Source: Flectonema sp. DT1601 | Taxonomy: Eukaryota | NCBI GenBank assembly: GCA_964019425.1 | Contig: OZ025798.1 | Coordinates: forward strand, 62,001-126,000 | Direction of reading: 5' to 3' | Length of the DNA stretch: 64,000 nt | Part shown: positions 31,599-42,534 of the stretch, piece by piece | How positions within the stretch are numbered: the stretch's first letter is position 1 | Layout of the letters: every line of letters begins with the position of its first letter | Program-made: the position numbers and the translations under genes | Notes under the pieces: generated by a model | What the model saw: only the letters and a program-made list of their open reading frames with translations | What the model was told of the DNA's origin: nothing | The model's database searches: none

Positions 31599-34118
31599 TT
31601 AGTTCAAATGGTTTCGTGTGTGTCCCTTTAACGAGGCTGGTAAAGGAAACACCACTCCAGGGTAAGGTGTTTGTGAATCGATCGATTCCAACAGTTGGTC
31701 GATAATTGTAACGTCCCTGTCGATTACTTTACATTCATTAAATAATATCTTTGCGACATCGTAGTTACCAGAGATATAGTTCAGGAAACCTTTATTATAT
31801 TTACAGTAGATTCCTCCCTCATCACATGAAAGACTGTACATCCATTCTTGATTGTCTTCTTTACGTTTTTCAACAGTTCGGTAGACAACAAACATCGAAC
31901 TATCCACGAGAAGCATATCGTAGGCAGCAAACAAGTACGATGATCCAGAATTACGAGTGGAGGTAACCTTTTCACTACAAACAACAAATTGATGTCTTCT
32001 ATAAGCTGCGTATTGCGCTAAGATCTTACATTCGAGAGCATCCGATCCGCGAACTACGTACCACTTTTGTGATTGACAACCCACGTTGCCTGCACCTACT
32101 TCACTTATTTCGTACGAGACTCCAGAAATAAATCCAAACTCCTCATTTATAATTGAGTCAGCGCATATTAATCCTTTATCTGAATAACTCATTATTCTTA
32201 CAGGAGCGTTGAATACAATCTGAATGTAATTAGCTGAAACAATAATATGTGGATGAAGACGTAATGTGTGTGAGATGATGAATGACAATAATTTATTGTA
32301 AGATTCCGATGGCGAATAACTGTTTTCAAAGTTAATTGCAATCGTTAAAAACGAGCAATTCTGAGTACTCAGTTCGAGTGCGAACAGATTTCTAGAAGGA
32401 CTTATCTCCGCGAACTGCTGCGTAGCTGCAGATCCTTTACTGGAGCAACGTGACCTCCTAATGCTAGTCTTGAATTCTTCTTCACTCGAATCTTCACCGT
32501 CTCCGTCTTGTAGTAAGTATGACGGCATGAAAGCTTTATATTCAATCAACATATCAACCATCGCAATAAATGATTTTCTAATTCCATTTATCTCTGAGAA
32601 CATCGTCTCTTGTTGTCCGTATTCGTTGCTATCGTTAATACGCATTTGCTCAACGAGGTGCATGTCGTGCATTAGCAGCACCAGCGGGGAAATCAAAGCA
32701 GTCTCGTAAACAAATACAGCAATCACAGAGAATACAATAATGACCCCAGCAATAACAAGTACGATAAGAGTTCCTCGTTTTTCATTCTTAGTCACATCAT
32801 CTCTTTGTTTATCAAACGTAGCGAGTAGCTGAGCTCGCGGGATAATTGCGACTGCGACCCAGGGAGGTCCAGCATTGACATCTTTATGCTCTTCCTCTTC
32901 ACCCTCGCGGTGGTTCTCATCCTCATCGTCCTCGTGATGAGTTTCATCAACTTCGTCGTGGTGATCGTCTTCTGTTGAAGTTGTCATCGACACCTCGTCA
33001 TGTCCTTCTTTGTGTCCCTCTTCGCCTTCATCACCGTGTCTGTGTGCCATCGATACACTCTTTATAAAGTAGTCCTGAGGAGGAATAGGATATCTCATTG
33101 TACCTGATGATGTGATTCTGAAAAGAAAGTTCTCGTTGATCGTTTTGAGATCTCCAAGTTGCTGAAAAACAGGACCTACAATAGGATGCTCACTCTCTGT
33201 TGCGATGACACGAGTCCAACTTCCGTCTCCGACTGGAACAGATCCAAACCCGTGAGAGCACTCAACAACAATGCCAGTGTCTTGTTCTACTAAACAAATA
33301 ACATTTTCGTCGTATTTCGGAATATAATTAGGATCGTCATATGCCAATATGGTACTGAGTTCTCCCTTTGCGAAAGCGAGGTTCTGCAAAAGGGGCTTCA
33401 AGAACTCGATCGAAAACTCTGTAACCAACCACGGTGAGCCTACACTAGCAACTAATGGGATGGCGTACGATATTCGAAGAGTTCCTCTAACAACCCACGG
33501 ACGAGACCAACTTCTTTCGTATTCCTCGAAGTGATCACAGTGACGATATAATGAAGTTTGATATCCTTCTTCTTCTCTCAGTAGATCGTTTTCCGTAGGA
33601 AAGGGAACCCGATCGTTGTACCATCGAGATTTATTTATTTTAGAATTGAATATCGAAACAATCCACTGATCTCCAACTTCAGGTCCAACGAACATATCAA
33701 TTGCGAATCCATCTCGTGAGTTATGTGGGTTGTGTACTTCAAGATTAACAAAGCTGAGTTGTGTTATAAACCTCGGATGGTTAAATTGATCAGCGAGAGC
33801 AATCATCGTACGACAAGTATGCACAGCATCTGATAAAGAGGATCCGTTTAAGTTGTAAACTGTGAATACAGACAATCCAAGTTTTAGCAAGTGTTGAACA
33901 GGACTCATGATGTGCTCTCCGACTTGTTCTTTCACGTTGTTGGATCGCTCAGAGAGAAACATCTCCGCAAACTCATCCGCCATTACTGAACTTGCTTTAG
34001 TCATGTCACTCGCATTTGATTTCATGGTATTCACCAACACAGCAGTGACAACAGCAGTAGTAATACTTAACAAACATGCGAGTACTGCAGTTCCAACAGT
34101 ACGGATACTGACTTGCAT
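31599..34118 (-). CDS. Two-TM receptor-like protein: extracellular sensor region, HAMP-like linker and degenerate class III nucleotide-cyclase-like domain
   Basis: 839-aa ORF with an N-terminal hydrophobic helix and a second TM helix (LIVLVIAGVIIVFSVIAVFV). ISPLVLL..M...SEI..I..SF..M..L..Y..F.P is HAMP-like, GAGNVG is a cyclase-like motif, and EWMY follows. Confidence 0.7.
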   Translation of the reverse strand: MQVSIRTVGTAVLACLLSITTAVVTAVLVNTMKSNASDMTKASSVMADEFAEMFLSERSNNVKEQVGEHIMSPVQHLLKLGLSVFTVYNLNGSSLSDAVHTCRTMIALADQFNHPRFITQLSFVNLEVHNPHNSRDGFAIDMFVGPEVGDQWIVSIFNSKINKSRWYNDRVPFPTENDLLREEEGYQTSLYRHCDHFEEYERSWSRPWVVRGTLRISYAIPLVASVGSPWLVTEFSIEFLKPLLQNLAFAKGELSTILAYDDPNYIPKYDENVICLVEQDTGIVVECSHGFGSVPVGDGSWTRVIATESEHPIVGPVFQQLGDLKTINENFLFRITSSGTMRYPIPPQDYFIKSVSMAHRHGDEGEEGHKEGHDEVSMTTSTEDDHHDEVDETHHEDDEDENHREGEEEEHKDVNAGPPWVAVAIIPRAQLLATFDKQRDDVTKNEKRGTLIVLVIAGVIIVFSVIAVFVYETALISPLVLLMHDMHLVEQMRINDSNEYGQQETMFSEINGIRKSFIAMVDMLIEYKAFMPSYLLQDGDGEDSSEEEFKTSIRRSRCSSKGSAATQQFAEISPSRNLFALELSTQNCSFLTIAINFENSYSPSESYNKLLSFIISHTLRLHPHIIVSANYIQIVFNAPVRIMSYSDKGLICADSIINEEFGFISGVSYEISEVGAGNVGCQSQKWYVVRGSDALECKILAQYAAYRRHQFVVCSEKVTSTRNSGSSYLFAAYDMLLVDSSMFVVYRTVEKRKEDNQEWMYSLSCDEGGIYCKYNKGFLNYISGNYDVAKILFNECKVIDRDVTIIDQLLESIDSQTPYPGVVFPLPASLKGHTRNHLN

Positions 34119-34842
34119 CTAATGAGTTACTGAGTTAGTGACGGATAATAAATTAATATTTTGATGAACACAAAACTAACTCATCACACACTCAGATCAT
34201 TTCGGTAAAGCTGTTTAATAATTGTGGTACTTAATTACTCTCTTGTGAAACTGAAAGGAATTGAAATAAAAGGATCAGCGCCCCAGACGCGAAGTCGGCA
34301 GCCGTAAAAATAAAATTCACTTCAGGAAGTGCGGATAACGACAAGTTCAAAGAAACGAGTGGCCAAATAAAATAGTTTTCATGGGCAGGGAGCCTGACAC
34401 GAATACGATACGTTAGCTGCAGTTCAATTCTTCGTCTACTTTCACATGAAAAGTGAGAATGATGAACAGACTTGAGGCGACTAATTGATTGGTAACTTTG
34501 GGTCCGCGGGAAGCTCTTTTGAAGAATTAGTTTAGTAAGTCGACTAGTTTGGTAATCAGATGAATGATAGCATCCCTTCGAGGGACGTTAAATCTGATTA
34601 AAACAAAATATATAAACAGCCATCAGAGATGTCTATAATTATTATTAAGAAAGAAAACGGAACGGAGACAATTCACAATTTGTTCACAGAAATCGGACAT
34701 GAGACCAAAGTCTGCTCTTTTATTTGTTCTCATTAAGAATGAGAAAAAGATCAATGAAATGCAGCACATCAGTGACTACAATGTGAACGAAGGGCTGACT
34801 CTCCTTCAGAGGTGGCCATCAGTCTCAAATTGTGAACCTCCC

Positions 34843-34900
34843 ACTTGCATGGCTTAATCCTTGAAACAAGCATATGACTACTGGCAGGATCAACCAGGTT
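34843..34900 (-). pseudogene. Isolated 5'-terminal fragment of eukaryotic 18S (SSU) rRNA gene
   Basis: The minus strand reads AACCTGGTTGATCCTGCCAGTAGTCATATGCTTGTTTCAAGGATTAAGCCATGCAAGT, the conserved SSU 5' end. The rest of the SSU gene is absent. Confidence 0.92.
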
Positions 34901-35627
34901 TCTTGTTACTCTAACCAACAGGGAGTACCCGAAAGTACGCACCCGAGAGTTGAAAGCATCAAGACGTTGGTTGTCTCTTTTTTTCCGCAGTTCTGATAGA
35001 GGCAGTCACCACCAAACCTTTCGGTCAGCAGCAGCTTCTCTACGTAACATCGAAATATTTAACTCAGCAGGTTGTTTCCTCAAGTAACAGAATCAGGGGA
35101 GGAAGGGCCTACTTAAGAACAAATAATCACATCTATCAAATAAATTAATTAGTTGTGATCAGTAAGTATGTACTGAGTAACAGTCGCTCAATTTAGGAAA
35201 CAAGAACAAGAATATAACACGAAATTAAATGATGCGATAATTTCTTTTTTTTTTTTTTGTTATTTTTAAAATATTTATATAAAAGAGTTAGTTGGGGAAG
35301 TCAGTTTTTTAATTATTTATATTTGTGTGGCTACACAAGCACGCGACACACGCAAACTATAAAAACGCGAATCAATGAACAAACAAACGAAAGGTAAATT
35401 AAGAACTAATTCTCCTCACCTTCTTTAGTATATTTTACAACGCATCTCTTCTTTGCCTAAAACAGCAACAGATGAAACCCAGACACCCATCAAAACGATG
35501 ATGAATTTGAGCTTCTTTAGAATAGATGCGTTCGTTGGATAGCATTCGGACGGCAGGTTTCTAATTCCGCGTCCAGAGCAGTAAGAGAAAGATGAGAATT
35601 TATACAAAAAAAATTATAACAACTATT

Positions 35628-36359
35628 TTACTGCTGCAGTTTATTGTTCTGCCTCTGCAGAAGAGTGGAGACAGCAAATCCGATGCAGGTGCCAAACGCA
35701 ATTGGAACAGCGTTTTGTTGAAGAGACTGCAAGACAGCGGAAATGAAGTATTTCTGTCTGAAGAAGGTTCCAGACTTATCAGCTTCAATACCGGCCCCAG
35801 GAAGGCCATCAAGTGACCAACCGCGTGGGAGATACTTCGCTTCAGCTCCTTCTTCAACATCTTCAAACCCCAACTTGTAATGATTTAATACTTCAGTTAG
35901 TTTAGTTCTGTGAGAGTTGAATGTCATATTAGGAACAGCGAACCCACAAGAATCCATCACATTGAATGCTGACACAGTAATAATTGAACGACAAGTGAAA
36001 GGATCTAAACCTCCCGTGTCTTGGAAATGTTTCTCAACGGCGGCTTCAAACTCTGGAGTCCCCTGAAGGACCATCTTTCCGTATCCGTGAATTCTCGCAA
36101 TGATCGGATCCCCTTCGAAGTTACAAAACATTAAAACGATTCTCCCATTCTCTCGAAGGTGCGCAATCGTCTCACATCCACTTCCATAAGTTTCCAAATA
36201 CATTACTTCCCTGTCTCCTGTAATTTTCAAAGTTCCCTGAAGTCCCTTTGGACTCAGGTTAATGTGCTTTCCATTCATCGGAGCTGATCCAACAAAAAAC
36301 ATCTTTGAGCTCTTGATGAGCTTCTCAACACGTCCTTCAATCTTATCGTAGATCTTCAT
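35628..36359 (-). CDS. Pyridoxamine 5'-phosphate oxidase-family (FMN-binding split barrel) protein with C-terminal hydrophobic tail
   Basis: Motifs MFFVGSAP..G.HINLSPKG, GSGCETIAHLRENGRIVLMFC.FEG.P.I.R, SCGFAVP and SLDGLPG. Confidence 0.85.
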   Translation of the reverse strand: MKIYDKIEGRVEKLIKSSKMFFVGSAPMNGKHINLSPKGLQGTLKITGDREVMYLETYGSGCETIAHLRENGRIVLMFCNFEGDPIIARIHGYGKMVLQGTPEFEAAVEKHFQDTGGLDPFTCRSIITVSAFNVMDSCGFAVPNMTFNSHRTKLTEVLNHYKLGFEDVEEGAEAKYLPRGWSLDGLPGAGIEADKSGTFFRQKYFISAVLQSLQQNAVPIAFGTCIGFAVSTLLQRQNNKLQQ

Positions 36360-36609
36360 TATTGAGAACAGTTAAAACTGATGGGAAATAATAATTAAGT
36401 TCGAACATAATTTATTTTCATCTAATTAAATGCCTTCTAAATAATGTTTAAGGATGGTTGGCTTACAACCACGAAGAGTACTACAGCAGGTGGTTGCTGT
36501 ATTTTGTAGGACAATTTCAGTTGAAGTAAAAAAAGAATTAATTTCAATACGAATCCCTCACATGCCTCACTACTTGTCGTGTTGTTGGCTTGCGGAACAT
36601 AAAGAGCAG

Positions 36610-37176
36610 CTACAACTCGACTATCGCGGGTCCTTCTGATTTGGTTTTTGAGTTACCGTCAGTCGGCTTTTCGACTTCTTCCACGGGACAAAGTCCTCGT
36701 TGAGACATCACTGCGAATGCCCACCAGTCGTCTTCCGTTGAAGACGGGAGACTGTTTTTAATAAAATTATCACAAGTCAGATATATAATTAAATCCCAAT
36801 CCCTAATAAGGTCGTCCAGGTACGGAGCAGGTTCAGAGTAGTTGTGGATAGGAATTGATTTCAAAAGAGTTCTGTCGAATGTCAGCGAGGAAGGAATCAA
36901 ACAACCGCTTCGAATATCTCCTCCTCCATCGACACCTTCGTCGTCGTCACCTTCAGTGTAGCTGTGTAGTTCAGGGACACAAGTAAGGAACTCACCTACT
37001 TTAATAGTAAGCTGTTTTACTTTTTCTTTAGAACTCATAAAATATCCTCCTCCACTCATGACGACATCTCTACATAATTCCATCCATCGTTGTTTAGTGA
37101 GGTCGGGAAAACGATGAGACGCTTCTTTGAACTCGTCTGCTGCCGCGTCAATCCATCGCTTGTCTGATACATCCAT
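36610..37176 (-). CDS. Hypothetical protein (188 aa)
   Basis: ATG-initiated ORF of globular composition, co-oriented with its neighbours. No family recognised. Confidence 0.6.
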   Translation of the reverse strand: MDVSDKRWIDAAADEFKEASHRFPDLTKQRWMELCRDVVMSGGGYFMSSKEKVKQLTIKVGEFLTCVPELHSYTEGDDDEGVDGGGDIRSGCLIPSSLTFDRTLLKSIPIHNYSEPAPYLDDLIRDWDLIIYLTCDNFIKNSLPSSTEDDWWAFAVMSQRGLCPVEEVEKPTDGNSKTKSEGPAIVEL

Positions 37177-37826
37177 CAGTTTAGAATACGAACTGTAATT
37201 TAATTAAATCAACAAAACTTAAATATTGCAATCCTCTTGACTGAAGTTATAAAGTTCCGAAAACACGCTCGCAACAACTCAGTAATCACCCGCCTCTGAG
37301 TGATGTGCTGCGTCGTTTTTTGTTTTCTTGTGTCAGATCAAAAATAAGAAAAGGTCAAAAGACTGCTGCGACAAGAAATACATCTGCCCGCCCAGCAGCG
37401 AGCAGAAGGAGTCTCTGGTCATCAGGAAACCTGTTTGGGATCTAAAAACTAATATAACAACAGTTATACAATCTTCCATTACTAAAATAAGTATTTATGG
37501 CGCCCTTGATAACTCTTAACAGTCAAAGAGTAATATCAAAAACGGCTGCCAGTAGGGAGCCCCAACTGAGAGGTCGCTTGTAATTTCAAAATTGTCAACT
37601 ACACAGCGATCAGCATCAAACAGTCGGGCGACTAACACACGCGATAACACAAACAAATAAAAAAAAAAATAAAGGAGATAATAAGAGAAGAGAGAGGAAA
37701 TAAATAAATTTATTCACATAATGCCCTTTTGGTGTTACTAACACAAATAAAATATATACCAAATGTGTACTGAATAATTATTATTTTCCATTTGCTCACA
37801 TTTGATTCTAGTTTTGGGAAATCCCT

Positions 37827-37871
37827 CCACTAAGGAAGACTTGTCCAGATTAGACAAGTCTTCCTCAGTGG
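37827..37871 (-). other. ~20-bp stem-loop just downstream of a stop codon
   Basis: Minus strand CCACTGAGGAAGACTTGTC-TAATCTG-GACAAGTCTTCCTTAGTGG. The single arm difference is a G-U pair on this strand. Confidence 0.7.
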
Positions 37872-37904
37872 CAGTCTTACTGCAGGTGGACTCCAATCAG
37901 GGTC

Positions 37905-38693
37905 CTACTCGTTCTTCTTGGATGAACGAATCCATCTAACAGGACTGAAGAAGTAAGCAATTTTAAATGAGAGGATAAAACATAGATAAGAGGCGCAGGA
38001 AATAATTATAAATAATTTATAAACAACTGAAGAACTTGAAGAGAAAGCTTCACTTATCTTATTCGAAGTAGAGACTACTTCTGGAAGGTAAGCAATCGAT
38101 CGAACTACCGGCGTCTTGTCGATTATCGAAACGACGCCTTCCCTGTTTCCGTAAGTTGAGTAGCAGTCGATGCACTGCATTCCTATTTTACTTCCTTCCA
38201 ATGTTGAAATGATTCTTGATTGAACCTTGGTTGCTTTGTTGTAGCATCGCTCACAAGCGATTTTAGCCACCGGCATCGATTCCGCCTCATCTAACTTTTT
38301 CTGTAGTGCCGCCATTTTCGTTTCCATGTGTCGGTTGAGTTCTTGCTGACCGAGCAGCTCACTTTCAATTTGACATCTTTTTGTTTGTTCCAATTGAAGA
38401 GCTTTCGTTGTGTTTTCATTCTCTTCATCCATACCTTTTTTGCTCTTTTTTAATTTCTCGTTATCGTCAGTCAAACGTTTGGTGATTGCCATTTGATGTT
38501 TGTTCTGATCCTTCGCAGCTTTTAATTCAGCTTCAATCTTCTTCTTTTCATTAAAAAGATTGTCATCTCCTCGATTATGATTCTTTCCCTTTCCTCCTCC
38601 TCCTCCCCCACCTCCTGGACTGTAACTCGCTTCTTCTTTGGGTGCTTTCAATGGTTCTGAAGCATGACTGTGGAACTTGGTACGGGATGGCAT
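37905..38693 (-). CDS. Hypothetical coiled-coil protein with CxxC...CxxC putative zinc ribbon
   Basis: Probable start MPSRTK at 38693 within ORF 37905-38972. Contains a Gly tract, a coiled coil and CERC...CIDC. The AT-rich 3' end may contain an intron. Confidence 0.6.
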   Translation of the reverse strand: MPSRTKFHSHASEPLKAPKEEASYSPGGGGGGGGKGKNHNRGDDNLFNEKKKIEAELKAAKDQNKHQMAITKRLTDDNEKLKKSKKGMDEENENTTKALQLEQTKRCQIESELLGQQELNRHMETKMAALQKKLDEAESMPVAKIACERCYNKATKVQSRIISTLEGSKIGMQCIDCYSTYGNREGVVSIIDKTPVVRSIAYLPEVVSTSNKISEAFSSSSSVVYKLFIIISCASYLCFILSFKIAYFFSPVRWIRSSKKNE

Positions 38694-40271
38694 GTTTTTA
38701 TTAGGTCGGCTGGTTGATGAAAAGAACATATTCCGTCTCCATTCTAAAGTAATAAACCGACCGAATGGAATAACGTTGGGATCGCAGCTTCCCAAAGAAA
38801 ACGAAGAAAAAGAGAAAAAAACAAAAAAAACAGATAACAAATACGAGAGCTGAGGGCACTCAAGTATTGGTAAAAGGTCAGCAGATACTACAAACAAACT
38901 GTTTGAGCTGTTTCTTTCTTTCTTTCTTTCTGCTGCTCGACACGAGCAAACTGCAGAAGTAACTGTGGACATTCCTTTGAATGGGAAGTCACAAATAGAA
39001 GTTGAACTTGAAAAACAAACTCATTCGACAATGACGTCAGTTTGCTCCTAAAAAGAAATTAAAAAGCTGCAGCTGACAAAAGAATCTCGGCCTCATCACA
39101 AACAAGGCGGAGAATCATTAATTCGCAGTTTTGGTGCTCTCAGTCAACTCCCGCGCGGAGGCTTCAGGTCTCGTGTCTCTACTTATTTTACTTTAAAACA
39201 TTGGAATGATCATCTCCCTCAACAGCTGCTGTTGGATTCGAATGACGTAAATGTGTCAGAATACGAAAAGGTTCGCACGACGGATTATTTGTTTTGGAAA
39301 CAAGCGACTCTTAAGATGTTAACACATTGAACAGGTCACATCGATGAAAGGAATGATCAGTCAGACTGAACAGGTCGCATTGAATTTAATAAATTCTTTC
39401 AAACGTCGGCAACATTCACACTTGGTTGCCGAGTAGATGAATATTATTTTATAAAGGAAAGCAATCAAAAGATTCCGTTGTTGGTCGGGGGGACTACCAA
39501 CAACTCAAAGAGAGGAAATATCACACACCAGATATAAGACGGCAAGAATGAGAAAGGGGATGTGCCTCAGAGAAATGGACACTCACATCGCTTCGGTGAT
39601 CGTGTGCAACTCGAGGGACGGATACGATTCATTCTTACCAACTAAAAGATGAATTAGAACACAAAGTGATTGACAGACTCGTATTGTTACAAAAGGAGAA
39701 ATGGTCAACTTCGGAAAGTAAGCCAAACCTAATCGTATAAAATAAACAACTGGAAACCTCTCAGAGTAAATCTCAGAGTAAACCTCAACTCCTCACACTA
39801 ATCTCATTGAGAAGTGATTACTCTCTCAGACCAAAACTAACAAATTGGACAACGAACGTCTCCAGAGAGTCTTCTGAACGTACAAAGATTCCAATCCGAG
39901 ATAACTCACAGAATTATTATTTCGGAATAAACGCAAACAGAGAAGAAATAGAAACGAAGAGAAAGAATCCTTATCTTGGATTCAAAGGGAAGAGTGCGTA
40001 GAAACTAAACTTATTATAAACAGAAGCTGCAAAAGGTTGTCACCCAACTTGGGTTTCATTTGTTTTTATAAATTCATTTCTTTAGTAAGTGACTCAGCAG
40101 AGTCGATACGACCATCGGTCTGGAGATCATCAACATTTCAGTTTGACATTTAGATGCATACGATAAAAACCACACAAAGAACACATCGATGGCAGCAAAC
40201 AAGAAGCACACCTGTTGGTAAGCTGTTGTTTAAATGTCAGCCGGCTACACATTTAACCAATTTTGAACATA

Positions 40272-42314
40272 TTAAAGAAGAGATGACGATGGACAAAGAG
40301 GTTGGACCGTACTAATTCCGCCCAACCGCATCGACCCTGAGAGAGCCGAGACATCGTAAGACAGTCGTGGGGAAGTTAGAATTGATTGCCCTCCTCCTCC
40401 CGATACGAATGACATAACACCCTGAGGTGGGATAGCAATTGGAGGTACGAGGGGAGGAATAGGTCTCCGATTTTCTTCGAATGACGTCATTGGAGCGGTT
40501 TTGATGACATCGGCTTCGTCATCACCCGAACTGGAGCAAATACTTTCAACGCAGGCAGGGAGTTGACAATCATCTGAGTACTCACTGTTGACTTCTATTG
40601 GCATCATCATCGTTTCTAATTTCGATTCGATGTTGTTCTTTGGAGGAACTGGTGGTATCCCACTGAGAACTGAAATATTACTTAAGCAGCCGTAACTATT
40701 CTTTTTTATACCTCCGATAGCTGACGGCCCTCCCAGAGGTGTACTCCCCAAGTTTGATACCCGTCTGGCAGCTTCGTGTAAGTTGTCGCTGCTGGAGCCG
40801 GCTCTTGGGGTGCGTGTGTGGATCATTTCAGTAATTTCTTCGAGCATCATTTGTTCTGCTGGTCGCATTTCATTAACTTCTCTGAGGAATCGATGCTGAA
40901 GTAGCTGCTCTGCTGTGTGGCGCTCTGAAGGGTTTGGACGGAAACATTTTTTTAAGAAATCGTAACACTGCACACTCAACCCTTGTGGAATGTTTGGTGG
41001 CATGTCCTCCTTCCACTGACCGATTGTGAGAATAGCTTTCCAGTTGTTAGGGAACGGAGGCCATGGTGGAGTTCCTCGATTAATCATTTCCACCATAACA
41101 CATCCAACTGACCAAATATCAGCTGGGGTACCGTAACCATCTTTTCCTTCTCCAGAACCAGATATCACTTCAGGAGCCATCCAGAGAGGAGTTCCAATCA
41201 TAGTTCTGGCTTGTGTTGTAGCAGCTTCCATTGTTCCTGTAAAGTCTTTTAATCTTTTACAAGTACCGAAGTCACTGAGTTTTATACCTTCACCAGATAT
41301 TAAAATATTATCTCCTTTCAAGTCTCTGTGAATTATACTTCGAGAGTGAAGAAATGCTACTCCCGTTAGAATCTGAGCGATATAGTTTTGGGCAGTCGGA
41401 ACACACAACACTTCTCGTAGGTCGCGAACCATTTTCCCAACACTTCCTCCAACAACATATTCCATAAAGATATTTAATTGATGACATTCAGTGTCGTACG
41501 TACAGCCGTAGTACTCAACAATCTGAGGATGTTGAAGTCCCGCCATCGTCTTTACTTCGGACATTAATTTCTTTACGTCTGACATTTCCATGTCGGGCTT
41601 CAGCGACATTATTTTAACGGCAAAAAATGTGCCGTCGAGTCGAATTCCTTTCCAAACTTCACCAAAGGAACCGGACCCGAGGAGCTGACCTTTTTGCCAC
41701 TTTGCGGGTACGAATGGATATCGTTCTGTGGCTTTGGAGGTCGTTCGATTTCCGAAAGATGAAAAAGATTCTCCGCAGTTTTCAAATCCGACTGATCCAG
41801 TTCCTGAAGCTTCTCTGGGTATAATTCGAGGACTTACTTGATAAGAACACTGAGACCCATTATGCATCGATTTCATATTACGAATGCCGGGAACCATAAC
41901 AGGAGATGACATTGGAGGAGTTGATGTTTGTGAAGGAGAGATATTACTTGTGAAGTGATGGCTGTTGTTATTATTTTCAACTAATCTCTGAACCTGATCA
42001 GCAGAGTACATATCAATAGCTCCAGGAATCTTTTGAAATACATCAGTCACTCCCCAGCCAGGGTTCTGTCTCAAAACTAGTCTCAAATTTTCTAATCTGT
42101 GATTACTCGCCTGATAATTATTCGCTTGATGATTACTCGCTAGTAGAGGAAGGTCCATTGTGTTACCTCCCAGCTTGTCGCAGTTCTTGTTTGGCATGTT
42201 GTTAAACCTCGCATTCTGCGATTTATTTAACTTCACGAAGAACAAAGAGATCAACACCACCAACAGGATTACGATTCCCACCAGAAATATTATCACAAGT
42301 AACGATGACGACAT
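40272..42314 (-). CDS. Membrane-anchored Ser/Thr kinase, STE11/MAP3K-like catalytic domain
   Basis: WQKGQLLGSGSFGEV, AVK, IFMEYV.GGS, HRDLKGDNIL, DFG, GTPLWMAPE and ADIWSVGC are all present. The N-terminal hydrophobic helix LLVIIFLVGIVILLVVLISLFFV is TM-like. Confidence 0.92.
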   Translation of the reverse strand: MSSSLLVIIFLVGIVILLVVLISLFFVKLNKSQNARFNNMPNKNCDKLGGNTMDLPLLASNHQANNYQASNHRLENLRLVLRQNPGWGVTDVFQKIPGAIDMYSADQVQRLVENNNNSHHFTSNISPSQTSTPPMSSPVMVPGIRNMKSMHNGSQCSYQVSPRIIPREASGTGSVGFENCGESFSSFGNRTTSKATERYPFVPAKWQKGQLLGSGSFGEVWKGIRLDGTFFAVKIMSLKPDMEMSDVKKLMSEVKTMAGLQHPQIVEYYGCTYDTECHQLNIFMEYVVGGSVGKMVRDLREVLCVPTAQNYIAQILTGVAFLHSRSIIHRDLKGDNILISGEGIKLSDFGTCKRLKDFTGTMEAATTQARTMIGTPLWMAPEVISGSGEGKDGYGTPADIWSVGCVMVEMINRGTPPWPPFPNNWKAILTIGQWKEDMPPNIPQGLSVQCYDFLKKCFRPNPSERHTAEQLLQHRFLREVNEMRPAEQMMLEEITEMIHTRTPRAGSSSDNLHEAARRVSNLGSTPLGGPSAIGGIKKNSYGCLSNISVLSGIPPVPPKNNIESKLETMMMPIEVNSEYSDDCQLPACVESICSSSGDDEADVIKTAPMTSFEENRRPIPPLVPPIAIPPQGVMSFVSGGGGQSILTSPRLSYDVSALSGSMRLGGISTVQPLCPSSSLL

Positions 42315-42534
42315 TTTGTGTTTCGGTGGATCCGCATGCAAGCGAACACCTCCTGGAGAGAAGTGATTAAAATAACTGACAAGTTGACTGAAGTTAGATA
42401 AATCGCAACAACGACAACAACAAAAAAGTACATGAGATTTGAGACGACTGACTCAGGTCAGATAATCGCCTTCGTAACGTAATCCACACTACGAAGTGTT
42501 GAACACTTTTCTTCATCTTCTCTCAGAGAGCTGC

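Noticed and set aside
34780..34900. Functional rRNA gene, or a hammerhead ribozyme next to the 18S fragment (CTGATGG)
   Set aside because: Only ~58 nt of SSU is present. The motif lacks the CUGAUGA/GAAA hammerhead core.
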